DNA of 63,995 nucleotides, the filler included, from Bonamia ostreae (Eukaryota), in the NCBI GenBank assembly GCA_040357525.1. It is 16 parts of 16 records of this genome, joined end to end, with 100 filler letters (N's around TTAATTAATTAA, not from the genome) between each part and the next. Parts side by side here need not be neighbours in the genome. Positions count along the whole stretch, not along the records: positions 60,779 to 63,995 come from JBDODL010000559.1; 15 more parts are not named here. One strand, given 5' to 3'. The translations under genes were made by a program, and so were the position numbers. Below, piece after piece: positions 63,531-63,995 of the stretch; positions within the stretch are counted from its first letter, which is position 1; each line of letters starts with the position of its first letter. The notes beneath the pieces are model-generated. The model did no database searches. It was not told the DNA's origin and saw only the letters and a program-made list of their open reading frames with translations.

Positions 63531-63995
63531 TTAAAAAATGTTTTCTCTTTATTTCTTAAATTTCTTTCGATCAAAATCTTATTAATTCAACTGTTTAAGT
63601 TATTAATTTATTATAAGACATGTAATTTTTGTAACCAAGTTTCTTGTAGAAAAATAAAATCACGTTTAATTAAAATTATTTTTTGTTTATATTCATTTAT
63701 ATTTTTTAAAATACTTCTTGAGTTCCAAGACATTTTTATTGTGAAGAAAATATATTAATCAAGTTATAATTTTCAGATGAAGCCTTAATGGGTTTTACCG
63801 TTATTTCCTCAATCTTAATATTACTTAATTTGAAAAAGTTGGTATGTATGTCCAAACTTTTGACATTTAAAATACTGTGCAATACTGTGGCTTAAAAATC
63901 GAGAAATATTGCATTTATTACCTTTGGGAATGTTTTTTTAACCATTTTAGACCGCCAAATTCAGTCTTTAAATTGGTTATCAATATTTTTAAATT

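Overview
This window is not one continuous locus. It holds 16 unrelated contigs of about 4 kb, in roughly decreasing length, joined by an artificial N44-TTAATTAATTAA-N44 linker. The DNA comes from a compact, AT-rich eukaryotic nuclear genome. Divergent housekeeping genes, tiny introns and retained mitochondrial genes (OGDH, ATM1, FDXR) suggest a reduced protist parasite; a Bonamia-like ascetosporean is my inference only. I reconstructed about 40 intron-containing genes by hand, including CWC27, CYRI/FAM49, a DnaJ, GDPGP1, GTF3C3, EB1, PMM, GPN1, UFD1-TRAF, OGDH, a patatin lipase, GUK1, FDXR, a SUN protein, a CDK, OTU1, INO80, uL23, ISY1, SNRNP40, GET3, CDC25, a ZnT and ATM1. There is also one tRNA-Met, a decayed LINE and a decayed Merlin transposon. 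The main observations: (1) a roughly 320-nt, highly structured, GC-richer element inside an outsized 491-nt GPN1 intron, carrying a telomerase-template-like CUAACCCU next to a hairpin (candidate intron-encoded ncRNA); (2) pervasive 19-25-nt spliceosomal introns with GTT(T) donors instead of GTAAGT; (3) a second long intronic hairpin in GET3; (4) several orphan Cys-rich secreted, surface or structural proteins; (5) two 5'-less genes (INO80 C-half and a cold-shock-domain gene) diverging from a single point. All gene models are manual and have no RNA support.
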